A stretch of DNA of 64,000 nucleotides, taken from NCBI GenBank assembly GCA_951406725.2, contig OX597833.1, forward strand, positions 39,494,001 to 39,558,000. The letters run 5' to 3'. Both the position numbers and the translations under genes were made by a program. Positions 38,009 to 52,854 of the stretch are shown here, piece after piece (position 1 is the stretch's first letter; each line of letters begins with the position of its first letter). Origin of the DNA: Octopus vulgaris (Eukaryota). Below the pieces are notes generated by a model. It searched no databases, was not told the origin of the DNA, and saw nothing but the letters and a program-made list of their open reading frames with translations.

Positions 38009-41000
38009 GTGTGTGTGTGTATGGATGGATGAATGGTATTGTTTTTGATGTTGTTGTTTTTTGTTTGACTTGGGGCATAAACATTGCAGAATGGAATTCG
38101 ATGAAAATATTTAGATATGTAGGGTTGTGGGGTTGGTCGGAGTAGATTTGTTAAAGATGGTAGTGGAGGAGGGTTGTTCCATCACAACAGAAAGGGAGGC
38201 AGTATTGTTACTATTTTCATTATTGTTATTTTTCATTATTACTGCTGCCATAATTGTTGTATCTTTTGGTAATTATAATTATTATTATTATTATTATTAT
38301 TGTTGTTGTTTGTATTGAACAGTCGTGTTTAACAGAGCTCCTGAAAAAAAAGATGGAATGTACTAAGTTTAATTAAACAGATGAAAATTGTTTTTAAGTG
38401 TTCAATTTTTATTCTGGGTTACTGACAAGAGGACTGCTTTTGGGGATTATCTAGCCCTTTCCCATATTTCCCTGAGGTGGAAAAAGATTTGTCATGTCAT
38501 TTTTCTTTGACAGTATATATTTCTATCAGACGGTCATTTGTAACTATTTGCGTTTCAAAATGGCTACACCAGTTGTGGTAGGGAGAGATATCATAATAGT
38601 GGTAGCAACATGAAAAAGAAAAAATTTGAACGCCTGTGATAAGATGTTTCAGTCACGAAAATAGATTTGAAAAATAATTACCTACAATACATGGAAATTT
38701 TAAATCTAGCAGGCATGTAATAATGTGTGGATTACGAAAAAAAGTTATATAAAAATGAGAGGCGGGTGGAAAAATACTGTGCAATAATGGAAGGACAAGT
38801 TTTACAATGTATAAAATGCATACAAACAATTATATAAAAAAAATCAAAAACATATAATACAACAAGCAATATGTAAAAACAAGACATAGTTTATTAAAGG
38901 AGCAAGCCCCCTACATGGGAAACTGCCAACTTTGTTGAACAGAGCATCGCACAATCTTGATTACACATAATTTTGATTCAAATATGATGAATCCAGAATC
39001 TTCCATGAGGAATCCTTGGGTCAGAGCAGGCAAATGAAGATGTGTATCCTGCAGTCATTTGACTAATGAAGTAAACATTATGGGAGCCCTTTATCAATAA
39101 CCAATCTGTTCCTCTGTGATCTCTGCAGTCTGATGCCATTTCCTTCTTGAATAGTATCATATTAGGAAAGCCATTGCACATTTCAGATGTCTTTCATCAG
39201 TTCTGCGTTGCATATGCAAAGGGATATGAATTTAATTTCTTTTGGGAAGGAAATGTAATCCCTTGTAGAAGATACTTTTCTTCAATGGAAAGAAATTCCT
39301 TTTTATAGGAAATGGGCTCTTCTACACCTTTTAATTTTTTTTTTAATTTTGGTGGGATGAAGGTACTTTTTTGCATTTTATTTTGTCTTTTTTATTAATC
39401 CATTGCAAAGGTCTGCCAATGACTTTCATCTCATCCCTGTTCTCATATGTGGAGGGGTGGTACTGCTGTGGGTGAAAGCTTTGGTATCATCTACTTCCAC
39501 TGGAACTTGCTGGTGCTATTGCTACTATTACTCACCCTCTTTTTCTTCCCAACTCTTCTGCTGTGAATGATCACTCTTAGAGCTTTTCTTACAGAACACA
39601 ATCTTGAGATCCTTTTGTGGCCTTATGGAATCATATGGACTTGGATGCCCAAGGCGATCCTTCTTGACCCCCATCACCATGTCACCCTGTCACATCAGCT
39701 CTTATAGTAAACCTGCACCACAAAAGTAACTACAAACTACGGAATGACCAGCACCCTTCATAGTGGTCCTCATATTCCTTCTGCTTCCAACATGTGGAAC
39801 TAATGTATGGGTTAATGTGCCATGGAGTGTCTGAAATTGCGCAAATGCCCCAACCTTAATTTTGAAAACAATGCTTTTTGTATTATATCCCACAATCTCC
39901 CAAAGAAGATTTCACTTTATGTAACTGTGAAAACTGCCACCAATTGCTCTTTGGGTGGGGTGACACTAAGAGAGCCTCTATGGCTTTGGCATGATATACG
40001 CATATTATTTTTCTTTCCTCTTGTGTCTTGTTGATAGATAGATCCTAGCAGAGAGGCGTATGTGTTCCCTAGCTAGATGGGATGCCAGCCCATCACAACA
40101 TTACTCATTTTTGCCAGCTGAGTAAACTGGAGCAACGTGAAATGAAGTGTTTTGCTCAAGAACACAACGCGTCGCCTGGTCCAGGAATCGAAACCACAAT
40201 TTTACAATCATGGTGCTGATACCCAAACCACTAAGCCATGCACCTCCACTTTAATCAGAATGCCTTATTATTATTATTTTTATTTTCATCTTTTACTTGT
40301 TTCAGTCATTAGACGGCAGCCATGCTGGAGCACTGCCTTGAATAGTTACATTAAACAGATTGACCCTAGTATTTATTTTTGAAGTCTGATACTTATTCTA
40401 TCAGGTTACTTTTGCTAAACTGCTAATTTAAGGGATGTAAATAAACCAACACTGGTCATCATACAGTAGAGAATGGACAAAAACACACACATTATACAAT
40501 GTGCATAGTGGGCTTCCACACAGTTTCTGTCTATTAAACTGACTTGCAAGGCATTCATCAGTTTGAGACTTGCTCAAAATGCTTCTCAGTGGGAGTGAAT
40601 CCCAAATCACAAGGTGGAAAGCAAGCTTCATAATCACAAACACCAACACTAATATTGTTTGTCTTTCCTTTTTTCATTTTATTTATTTTATTTTTGTTTG
40701 GGATCTGCTTTGTCTTTTTGATCTTTTTTGCTAAATTTTGCAGTTGGGGAATCTTGTAGGAGGCAACCATTGAGATGAAATTACTTGGTAAAAGTTAAAT
40801 GGAAGTATTTAAAATCTGTTCTTATTGTTATCAGTTTGAGGAAAGATTTTCTAAAATGTTCAATAAAAACATGCAGTACAAAATAAAATCCAAAATTCTT
40901 TGTATATATTTCAGTTATACTTGAAATATATACAAAATTATTGGAGCAAGTTCAGGTACATCTGAATGAATCTGCAATCATTAACAATAATAACAATTTC

Positions 41001-41487
41001 TGAAATAAGTACAAGGGAAAAAGCAGACTTGATCTTGGCAAGATTTCAACTCAAAATGCAAAGATTAAAAACAAATATCACAAGATAGAATTTAATGATT
41101 ATGCCAAATATATACAAGTTATTATCATGGAGGGGAGACAGCTATACTATTAACACTGGGAGCCAATAGGGCGGAGCCAGCCAAGGCTATGAGTGGGGAT
41201 TGCACCCCTTCAACTTTGATAGACAGGAGATGGAACCTGAAGAAAAGTGAGAAGCTGATAGAGACAGCAGGAAAACTAAGGAGGGCTAGAAAAAGACTGT
41301 GCTCAAACTAGAGGTAAGAAAGAAGCTGGAAGTCTTGAAGAGACACCTACATTCCTAGAGTGCCTAAATTTTATAGTAATTTGAAGAAATAACAATCTAC
41401 TAACAAGTAAAGGATCATTACTCATAGAATTAGGAACACATCAAAGCTCAGCTACATACATAGTGATTGCTCCAGCACCACAAATTA

Positions 41488-41699
41488 TTCTTTTCTACTA
41501 CAGGCACAAAGACTGCAATTTTGGGGGATTAGATCAATTAGATCAAACCCAGTATGCCACTGGTACTTAATTTATCGACCCTGGAAAGATTAAAGGCAAA
41601 GCCGACCTCAGTGGAATTCAAACTCAGAATGTAAAGACAGATGAAATACCGCTAAGCATTTCACCCAGCATGCTAACATTTCTGCCAGCTCGCCACCTT
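41488..41699 (-). mobile_element. SINE family B with 14-bp TSD
   Basis: agcaccacaaatta at 41474-41487 and 41700-41713. Confidence 0.9.
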
Positions 41700-42021
41700 A
41701 GCACCACAAATTAAGCAGTGTGGTTCTCACGAACATTGGAGAATTCTTCAAACCGTAACATCACCTCCACCACCATCATTGCCTCACAGCTACCATTCTA
41801 AGCGCCATCTCTCACAACCATTCTGAGTACCATTGCAATCACATTCCATGAAATGAAATCTTCATACTATGATCATACTAGAAACTGGGCTTTTATCTTT
41901 TATCATTTGCTTGTTTCAGTCATTGGACTGCAAGCTTTGAGTGTACTGCTACTTACTACAGAAACAGCTGTAAGCTAATGTTGTTCATTATGTAATTCCA
42001 GTTTCCTTGTCATTCAATTAA

Positions 42022-42077
<56 letters not shown>

Positions 42078-42089
42078 TATATATGTACG

Positions 42090-42151
<62 letters not shown>

Positions 42152-43449
42152 TACATACATATATACTCACATTGCACTATACTCTTACATCCATAAATAT
42201 ACACACACCATCACACATGTATATGAATACATACACAAGCACACTTACTTACATATATGTATACACACACACATATCATATATATATATATATATAGGAT
42301 GTCTATCCTTTGGTTATTGCAGTTAATTAATCCCATGATGTTACTGCATTAATCAAAACTGCACTAATTAAATATAATAATCAATGGGAAAATTATAATT
42401 GATTTCTGATTGATCATTATTGATTCTCGAAGTATTTAATTAATGGCGAAAAGTATATAATATGATACACTAATGAAAGTAAATGAAGCATATGCACATT
42501 AAACTGCGTAGTTTTATTTAGAAACTCATCAAAAATTAGTTGAACAGTTTTACATTCTTTTCATACATTTTAAGATAAAAAGAAACTTGATTTTCTAGAT
42601 CATGACACTGTTGAATATTTCTATTGATGTCTGGGGATCCAAATCCATCAATCTTTTACCTAATTCTTGTGAAATCTTGAAATATTCTATTAAGTATTTT
42701 TTTGTTGTTGTTTTTGTTTCTTTTGATCATGTTCATCTCCGACAAATTTGTTTGTTTTTCTTTTTTGTTTTCTTTTTTTTTTTGTTCATTTTTACTTTGT
42801 TTTGAGTACGTCGTAACCAGAGTCTTTCAAATGTGAATCCACCGAATAATTTTTCTTTCTTTTTTTTTTAACATTCCACTACATCAACATCTTGAAAACC
42901 TAAGCCTTCTTCAGTAAGAAAATAAATTCAATCACATTCTTTGTCATTGTCATCACCATCATCATCATCATCATCGTCATCATCATTACCACTACCATCA
43001 ACATGATCATCAACCTGATAATCATCATCATCATCATTAGCACCACCATGACCACCACCATCATCATCCTCCTTATCATCATCCTCACTACCACAACCAC
43101 CACAATCTCCATACTACCATTGCCTCATCACAATCGCTACCACCACCACCACCATCACCACCACCACCACCACCACAATTCATCATCATCAGCAGCAGCA
43201 TCGTTGATGTTGTTTTAACATCCATGCTTGCAAGGATCAGACAGAGTTTATCTGAGGCAAATTTTCTGCAACCATATGTCCTTCCTGTTGCTAACCCTCA
43301 CCTGTTCCAAAGCAAAGTAGTACTTGCCCCCATGGCCAGACATGTTCTTGCAGAATATTGGAAATGAATGAGTGACTGCTTTTATAACTGGGACACTTGC
43401 TTACAACCATCATGTGATGTGAAAACAAAGAGAAACAAGCATACACACA

Positions 43450-43795
43450 TCATCATCATCATCATCATCATCTTTTAATGCATCCGCTTTCCATGCTAGC
43501 ATAGGTTGCATGATTTGACTGAGGATTGGTGAACCAGATGGCTGCACCAGGCTGCAATCTGATCTGGCAGAGTTTCTACAGCTGGATGCCCTTCCTAAGG
43601 CCAACTACTCCGTGTAGCAGGTGCTTTTACATGCCACCGGCATGAGGGCCAGTCAGGTGGTACTGGCAACGGCCATGCTCAAGTGTTGTGTTTTATATAC
43701 CACCTGTACAGGAGCCAGTGCAGTGGCACTGGCAATGACCTTGTTCGAATGTTTTTCAGATGCCACCGGCACAAGTGCCAGTAAGGCGATGCTGA
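43450..43795 (-). mobile_element. SINE family D
   Basis: (CAT)n tail followed by the family D body. Confidence 0.8.
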
Positions 43796-43840
43796 TATAT
43801 TTAAAGTGCTACTCTGAAACTGAAAGTAGCCAGAAACTGC

Positions 43841-44237
43841 AGGAGTGGCTGTGTGGTAAGTAACTTGCTAACCAACCACATGGTTCCGGGTTCAGTCCCA
43901 CTGCATGGCATCTTGGGCAAGTGTCTTCTGCTATAGCCCCAGGACGACCAATGCCTTATGAGTGGATTTGGTAGATGGAAACTGAAAGAAGCCTGTCGTA
44001 TATATATGTATGTATGTGTGTGTGTGTTTGTGTGTCTGTGTTTGTCCCCCTAGCATTGCTTGGCAACCGATGCTGGTGTGTTTACGTCCCCATCACTTAG
44101 CGGTTTGGCAAAAGAGACCGATAGAATAAGTACTGGGCTTACAAAGAATAAGTCCCGGGGTCGATTTGCTCAACTAAAGGCGGTGCTCCAGCATGGCCGC
44201 AGTCAAATGACTGAAACAAGTAAAAGAGTAAAAGAGT
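43841..44237 (+). mobile_element. tRNA-derived SINE family A, full length
   Basis: A-box tggctgtgtgg, B-box ggttcagtccc, internal TA/TG microsatellite, gtaaaagag tail. Confidence 0.9.
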
Positions 44238-44387
44238 AGCAAGAAACTGACCCAATTAAAATTAAATATATTATTAACCACAACTATGATATTGAATATT
44301 ATTATTTTTTTTTTCTGACAGTTAACTTTAAACAGTAATATATTTAGAAGATTGTTTGTTATGGCTGGTCGGAGAGTCACCATTAGA

Positions 44388-44490
44388 TTTGCACCTATAA
44401 AATGCTTAGGTGTATAGGCAACTTGTCAGACTCAAAGAGCCATTGAGTCTGATGAGTCATCAATACAGCTAAACATTTTATAGGTGCAAA
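44388..44490. repeat. Short foldback palindrome
   Basis: tttgcacctataaaatg...tcagactcaa agagcca ttgagtctga...cattttataggtgcaaa. Confidence 0.85.
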
Positions 44491-44577
44491 ACCAACGCTC
44501 ACTGTCTGACCGGCCACAACAAACAACAATATAGATATACATAGATACATAGATACATACATACATACATTCATACA

Positions 44578-44611
<34 letters not shown>

Positions 44612-44657
44612 CACACATACACACACACACACATACACACATATATGTATGTATATA

Positions 44658-45080
44658 TATAAAATCATAAATGACAGAGAAATAGTTTAATGAAATTTTA
44701 TTTAGCAATAAGAAAATTCTATTATCATGACAAGTTGTTTTGTAACTTAAAAACATGTAAACAATTTATAATGTTATATTTAATAATAAATAAATGACTG
44801 ACATATTCTGCATTAATGTAAAATGCAAAAAAAATCTTTCAAAATAATAGTATTTAACTTCCTTTCACCTGAGGACGTAGCTTAAATTCTGCATTATTTT
44901 GAAGGACTTTTTGAATTTTGCATTAAAGCAGATATGTAAGTAATTTATTTATTATTTAATATAATAATATAAATTGTTTATATGTTTTTAAGTTATGAAA
45001 CAATTTGTCATGTTATTAGAACTTTTTTATTGTTAAATAAAATTTCATCAAAATATTTCTCTGCCATTTATAATTTTATA
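44658..45080. repeat. ~420-bp AT-rich foldback palindrome
   Basis: Arms tataaaatcataaatgacagagaaata... / ...tatttctctgccatttataattttata, pairing almost to the centre at about 44865. Confidence 0.88.
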
Positions 45081-45200
45081 CTCTCTGTATCCTTTTCTCT
45101 TGCATATTACTATATATTCTATATGGTTTGTACAATGATACATTAAGGAACTTTTTTATTGGTACTACTGGATTACTTGGATCCATATATTGTGACTTAA

Positions 45201-45256
<56 letters not shown>

Positions 45257-45740
45257 GTATATTTATATATATATATGAAACAATTAAAATGAATATGGAG
45301 ACTGGTACATTCTGAATATCTCTAATTTTAATTTCTATTTTTACAGTTAGTTATACATCATGACTGGTTTGTAATCCTGTGAAGTGAAACCAGGATTTAC
45401 GCATTAGGAAGAAGTACAGCAGGATAGCCCACCCAAAGCCATCCTAAGTGCTCCTTCCTACTGAATGTGGAGCCCAGGCTATACCTAACTGTTTGTTTGC
45501 TGCCCACCGGGATTTCTATCTAGTTATCATATATATATATATACACATATACATACACACACGCATATACACACACATATACACACACATACACATGCAT
45601 ATAGGTTTGATAATGCCAACAAGAAAAATAGAACTCAAATCATGTTATTAATAATTGACAGGTGTTACACACTAACTCAAGGGCCAAGTGTTTCATGCAT
45701 TAGAACTCATCAAAACTTGAGTCACTCTATAACTTCTGCC

Positions 45741-45771
<31 letters not shown>

Positions 45772-45787
45772 GGTACACACACACATG

Positions 45788-45821
<34 letters not shown>

Positions 45822-46295
45822 AGCACACACATATAGACAAGTAGACAGACAGACAGACATACATACATACATACATACATACAGACAGACAGATAGATAG
45901 ATTTATACTAACAAATGTATGTACATACATATCTTAAAAAGTCCTAGATGTGATTAAGAATTATTTGAATGTAAACACATTCCTTTTTGGTTATATAGAA
46001 AATAGAAAAGAGGAAACTTTTTACAGACCATTTTTGCAGTTTATTGTCCACTCCTCTGAGGATGATTTTTTTTCCCAAATCATTAGCAAAGAATGTTCAG
46101 CTCAATATAAAACAGTCAGGAATTAAGCTATCACAGTAGTGGAAGTATAATTTGCATATTTGTCTTTTCATAGACATTGTTCTTCTCTTGGTTTACTCAG
46201 ACTCTTCTAGATTACAATCTCAGACTACATATTTTATTGTATTATTCAACAAACCAATTTTTGTGCTCCTGCTTCATCCTTCTTCCCCTACTGTA

Positions 46296-46451
46296 GGAGT
46301 GGCTGTGTGGTAAGTACCTTGCTTAACAACCACAAGGTTCCGGGTTCAGTCTCACTGCGTGGCACCTTGGGCAAGTGTCTTCTACTATAGCCTTGGGCTG
46401 ACCAAAGCCTTGTGAGTAGATTTGGTAGATGGAAACTGAAAGAAACCCATC

Positions 46452-46501
<50 letters not shown>

Positions 46502-46714
46502 ATATGTTTGTGTGTCTGTGTTTGTCCCCCCACCATCACTTGACAACCAATGCTGGTATGTTTACATCCCTGTAACTTAGCGGTTCGGCAAAAGAGAGTG
46601 ATAGAATAAGTACTAGGCTTACAAAGAATAAGTCCTGGGGTCGATTTGCTCGACTAAAGGCAGTGCTCCAGCATGGCCACAGTCAAATGACTGAAACAAG
46701 TAAAAGAGTAAAAG
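46296..46714 (+). mobile_element. SINE family A, full length
   Basis: Highly similar to 43841-44237. Confidence 0.9.
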
Positions 46715-46799
46715 AGAGAGAGTACCTTTAATTCATTCCATTCCACTTTCCTGTCCACTTTCACATGATATCTAACTCCAATTCTACATGTAATTCTAC

Positions 46800-47490
46800 C
46801 CCCTACAATCGTATGTGCTTTTGTTAGTCTATCTCTGACCCCGCCCCATGCTCCAAACTTAAAACCTTTCTTTCATCAGTAAAGGTATCCATTTCATACC
46901 CCCTAATCAGTAGCAAGTATCTACTTCATGACCACTCATCAACAGGCTTATCCAATTCATACTTTCCAATACTGAGTTCCAGACATACTGCCAGTGTTTC
47001 ATGATTCCCATGTCAAGCAAAACCGATCCCTGATTTCTATGGCTCTCCACCCAACACCAAGCACTTCTGATTACTTCACAGGCTTTGCTTGCCAACCATC
47101 GCACTGGATGCTTTGCCCTGGTCAGCTTACCATTTCAGACTTGGTTACAGATTTATGCCAGCATCAGGTTCAAGCAAATCCAATGCCTCAATATTACCTA
47201 GGTTGATTCTTCCTCATTCTACTGCCTCCAAGATGGCCCCAAGGGCAGCACCATGGTGGCACATGCACCAGTCTCTACAAAGGATTTGACAGCATTCTGA
47301 ATCCTAATTCCACTTCCAAGTATCTTCTGATTGTGCTCCATAATCCACTGGTCATCTACTTGAGCTTACGTTATAGTCTACACACCACCGCAATATATTT
47401 CCTCCCCCAAATCCATAAATCCATTCACTCCAGCAACCCCAAACATTTCACCTGTAACTGCCCTACCCAATTCTGTTCTAACTGTCTCAC
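46800..47490 (+). pseudogene. Decayed Penelope-like element ORF fragment (N-terminus and start of RT)
   Basis: ISKGIHFIP (cf. LSKGLNFxP), KGSTMV (cf. DKGGAVV) and TAIYFLPQIHK...CNCPT (cf. FYLLPKIHK..GRPIVSAC.CPT). Confidence 0.62.
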
Positions 47491-48814
47491 GTATACATAT
47501 GCTATTTTCTGTCACACATAACAAACATAAACATCAACACAATTTAGCAAAAAACATCCATTCATTTGTACATACAAACGAACACAAGTATCCTGAATCA
47601 AATACATGTACATCAAATACATGCATGCAAACACAATATACTTCTAAACGTACACACACACACACATACGCACATGTGAATACATGATAGCATTGACCTC
47701 ATATGCAGAACAAACGTTTACATACAAAAGTCTACATTTGTCATTGACATAAACATACATACACACTTGAAATACACTCATGCAAAAAAACACAAACATA
47801 CAAACACACATACACATACACATACACACGCACAAACGTACACATACACACACGCACACATGCACACATACACACATGCACACACACACACATGCATGCA
47901 CACACACGCATGCACACACACGCACACGCACACACACGCACACACACACGCACACGCACACACACACACACACACACACTAAACATTCTGACATGAATTC
48001 TCATGCCTACTATTTTCTGTGCCACTATAATATTATCAGCATCCCCACAACTCAACAAATACATGCACACACACACTCACACACACACACACACACTCAC
48101 ACACACACACACACATACACACACATACACTCACACACACGCACACACATACACTCACACTCACACACACATCTACTATTGATGCAAGGACACACTAGCA
48201 TCATATACACATACATACCAAACACACACACACACACATACATGTCTTATTGCTTGCACACAAAATAACATACACATACAGACTCCAAAGACACAAATAC
48301 ATACATACATATACGACAGGTGATGCTGAGAAACAATCGACATTGCCTCCCTTTGAGAGCTCTTTGATGTCGAACACCACATTTTCATTTTCTCACTTTT
48401 GCCTCATTCAGAAATATGCCTGTCTCATAAATGCTTCTAGATTAAATCACTATTTTTTTCTTTTTACTTTTTTACTCCGATTTTTTCATTCATTTTTCTT
48501 GTGTTTTTGCCGTATTTCTCTTTTTCTTTCTGTTGATGGCCAAGTAAATCCGAAACGTCAAACTTTTCTTTCCTTCACTCAGTCAACATCAAACTAATAC
48601 CAATTTTTATTGTTGTTTATTGCCTGTGCTGTTATTACACATTTAAATATGTACATTAAATATATACAGTTTGTATATGTGTGAGTGTATACGTGAGTAT
48701 GTATATGAGTGTGTATATATGTTTGTGTAAATGTGTGAATGTGTGAGTGTGTTTGTGTGTGTGTGAACATATTTGAAAACATTTCCCCCCTGCTTATTTC
48801 ATATATATATAGAG

Positions 48815-48883
<69 letters not shown>

Positions 48884-48924
48884 TAGTGTATATATACATG
48901 TATGTATATATATATATATAGATT

Positions 48925-48972
<48 letters not shown>

Positions 48973-49214
48973 GTATATATATGTATATATATATGTACAC
49001 ACATCATATATATGTGTATGTGTGTGTGTGTATGTGTATACTTGCATACACACACATAGATACATGTTCATATAAATCAACTTAAAGAAAAATGCTTTCT
49101 CTTCAATCTATTTGACAAAATATCTATCCCACATCCCCTCCTCTCAACCAGCACAAAAAATACATACAATCATGTAAATAGAATACAAATATAATTTATA
49201 ATACAAGAATGCAA

Positions 49215-49269
<55 letters not shown>

Positions 49270-51433
49270 TAGCAATGATAATAATATGAATTCAAAAATA
49301 CATAAATTTAAATCTAATACAAGCCAATATAAGACACTGGTTTTCTTTGAATTACTTTATAATATTTGAAAAAAAAAATCAGTCATTCAGTAGTTTTGAT
49401 GTATCTTTTTTTTGTTGTTGTTGCTATTGATGTCGTTTTTTATTTCCTTTTTCTTGTGGTGGTGGTGGGTTCGGTTTTCATTACTTTAACAATAAGCAAA
49501 CAAGAAAATTAAACTAAATTATGAACAAGCAACAATGAAATAAACCGAAATGGAAAGGGATGAAAGTACATTTATATTTTTTATTGTTGTCGCTGTTGTT
49601 GTTGTGCTCTTCTTATTTATTTCTTATTTATTGATATTATTATTGTTGTTGTTGTTGCTGTTCTTGTTAATATTATTATTATTTATTATTATTGTTGCTA
49701 TTGTTAGTATTATCAGTATTATTTATATAATCTTATTTTGTCAATATAACTTTTTCTATTTATTTTTGCGAGTTCATGTCTAGTTTTTTTTTTTTTTGCA
49801 TGTGCATTTTTTTTTGTTGTACATAAGGGGCCTTCCATTTTGCTACAGAGGTTAGTGCTGTAGCTGTTGTTGTCTTATGCCAATTGGCTTATTTGCTTTG
49901 GCTGTTGGGATGCTTGGTTGCATGATTAGCTAGCTAGCAAGCTTGTTTGCTGTTTTAGTTTCCCCGAGAAATACTATATTCATGTATTCATGTGTACTTG
50001 TTTTAATCTTTTTTTACCCTAATTTTAATGTATTCCAATTTTTAAAAATGCCTTTTATTTTCTGAATTTTTTAAAATTTACAATTTTCAATTATTCTTTA
50101 AATTTAAAAGTTTTTAAACTTATTAAATTTTTAAAATTAAAAAATAATTTTCTTATTGATGTTGATGTTGCAGTTGTTTTGCTCTAGTTTACATTTTTGG
50201 TTTGTTGGCTGCTTCTCTAGCGAGTTGGCGAATGGCTCAGCTGGTTTGTTTGCTTGTTGGGTTTGCCTAAGAGGTAAAGAGAGTATTCATATATTCAGTT
50301 CTAATTTTGCTTTTAATTTTAGTTCTTTTAATTACATTTGGCTTTCAATTACCAATACTGCTGATTGTGTGTGCTTATTTGAATGTATGTATATGAGTCA
50401 ATGTGTGTGTATGCATATGTGTGTGTGTGTGTATGTACATATATATATATACATATTTATGTATGCATAGAGAGAGAGATAGAGACAGATAAATAGAAAC
50501 GTGCGTGCGTATATATATTTATATATGCGTATATACATATATGTCTTTGTTTTTTGTTTATGTGTGTATGTGTGTATATATATATCTATGTGTGTATTGA
50601 TGTATGTTTGTATTTAATTATATATCTATATATATATATGTTTGTGTGTGTGTGTGTATGTGTGTGTATAGAGAGAGAGGGGGAGTGAGAGAGATACAAG
50701 TGTGTGTGTATATATATATATATATATCTATACACAAACTTATACACAAAATATATGTCTTTGTCTATGCTTGTGTGTATATATATATATTTATGTGTGT
50801 GTCTTCATATATCTGTATTTGTGTTTAACTATGAATGCAAGCATTCATGTACTTGCACACGCCTGTGTGTATTGATGTATGTTTGTATTTAATTCAGTGT
50901 GAATATGTGTGCATGGTTCTTTATAAATGTGTGTGAATTTGACTTCTTTTGTGTATATATGTCTGAGCATTCAGTTCAGTTTACTTTCAATTTTTATATA
51001 ATTTATTTTATAATTTTGGTTTCATTTTTTAATGTTTAAACTTTTATTTTAAATTTGGCAAGAAAATAAACAATTTGAAATATAAAAAAAAATGAATTTT
51101 CAAAATGGAAGAAAATATCCAAAGAAAAGAAATCACAGAGAATTCTTCAATTTTTTTTTTTGTATTACCCAAATTTTAATTAAATGTACACTATCATTCT
51201 TCAGCTTTGTCCATGTAACTTTATGTACACACACACACAAACACACACAAACATACCCACACACAAACACAAACATGCACACACAAACACACACAGACAC
51301 ACACACACAAACACACACATACATAAACACATACACACTCAAACACACACATATACAAACACACACACACAAACACACACAAACACACACAAACACACAC
51401 ACAAACACACACATACATAAACACACACACACT

Positions 51434-51474
<41 letters not shown>

Positions 51475-51505
51475 ACAAACACACACATACACACACAAAC
51501 ACACA

Positions 51506-51545
<40 letters not shown>

Positions 51546-52315
51546 TCAACACACACACACACACACACAAACACACACATACACAAACACACACATACAC
51601 ACACACACATACATAAACACACAGACACACACATGCACACACACAAACACACAAACACACACATGTGTATATGATGATAATGGATCTTTGGTATTTGTCA
51701 ATGAGGCTTCAGTTGTTCTATTGAGTGAAATATCAGCTCCTGAATTTACCCGTAAGTGGTTGAGCATTCCAAAAACACCTGTACCCTTAACACAATGTGC
51801 TGGCCGAATCAGTAGGATACAATGTGTGACAATACTATACATTTTGAAGTGTTATGTTTTGAATTCTCCACCCATTATAATGCTTCTCCCTCCTCTCATG
51901 TGTTATGCCTGTCACTCCCCCCTCTGCTCCAGTGTCGCAGACTAACCACCAATATCATATCTCTCTTGCCCTTCCCTGTATCAATTTTAAAAACACCTGG
52001 TGCATGCCACCCACCAACCAACCTCAACTCGTGTGCATCCCGCTCTCTTTCCCAGTTCATGGTTCTTGCCCCATCCACCCAACAACCCCACCTGTGTTGG
52101 CAGTTTACCTCTCCAACCCTCCTTCATCTTGTCATACAATCTTGCAAACTCCTCATCCACCCTCTTCTACTCAGTTTGTGCCTTGTGAGGCAACCTGAGC
52201 ATTTTATCTACACACACACATATATATCAAACCGTCTAACCCATGCCAGCATGAAAGGCAGACATTAAACGATGATGAAAATGATGATGATGATATATAT
52301 TTGTGTGTGTGTCTG

Positions 52316-52360
<45 letters not shown>

Positions 52361-52382
52361 AAATAATATATATATAGGCACA

Positions 52383-52752
52383 GGAGTAGCTGTTTGGTAA
52401 GTAGCTTGCTTACCAACCACAAGGTGCCACGCAGTGGCACCTTGGGCAAGTGTCTTCTACTATAGCCTCGGGCCAACCAAAGTCTGGTGAGTGGATTTGG
52501 TAGACGGAAACTGAAAGAAGCCCGTTGTATATATGTATATATATATGTCTATGTGTCTGTGTTTGCACCCCCAACATCTCTTGACAACCGATGGTGGTGT
52601 GTTTACGTCCCTGTAACTTAGCAGTTCGGCAAAAGAAACCGATAGAATAAGTACTAGGCTTACAAAGAATTAGTCCTGGGGTCGATTTGCTCGACTAAAG
52701 GCGGTACTCCAGCATGGCTGCAGTCAAATGACTGAAACAAGTAAAAGAGTAA
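52383..52752 (+). mobile_element. SINE family A
   Basis: Family similarity, with a small deletion in the head. Confidence 0.88.
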
Positions 52753-52854
52753 AGTGTAAAGAGTATGCATATATATATACATACATGTACATACTTACAT
52801 ATATATGTATATACACATGCATATATGAGTACAGGATTTCAAAAAGCGTAAGCA

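Noticed and set aside
38880-39960. Possible decayed L1/Tx1-like element on the minus strand
   Set aside because: Only vague 3' UTR and Cys-motif resemblance; no diagnostic motif can be read.
41160-41180. CCAAT box next to a GC box (gccaatagggcggagc)
   Set aside because: An isolated motif pair with no CpG island or downstream gene evidence.
49830-49860. Microexon or recursive splice site (ttttgctacag-ag-gttagt)
   Set aside because: It would be a 2-nt exon and cannot be supported without RNA data.
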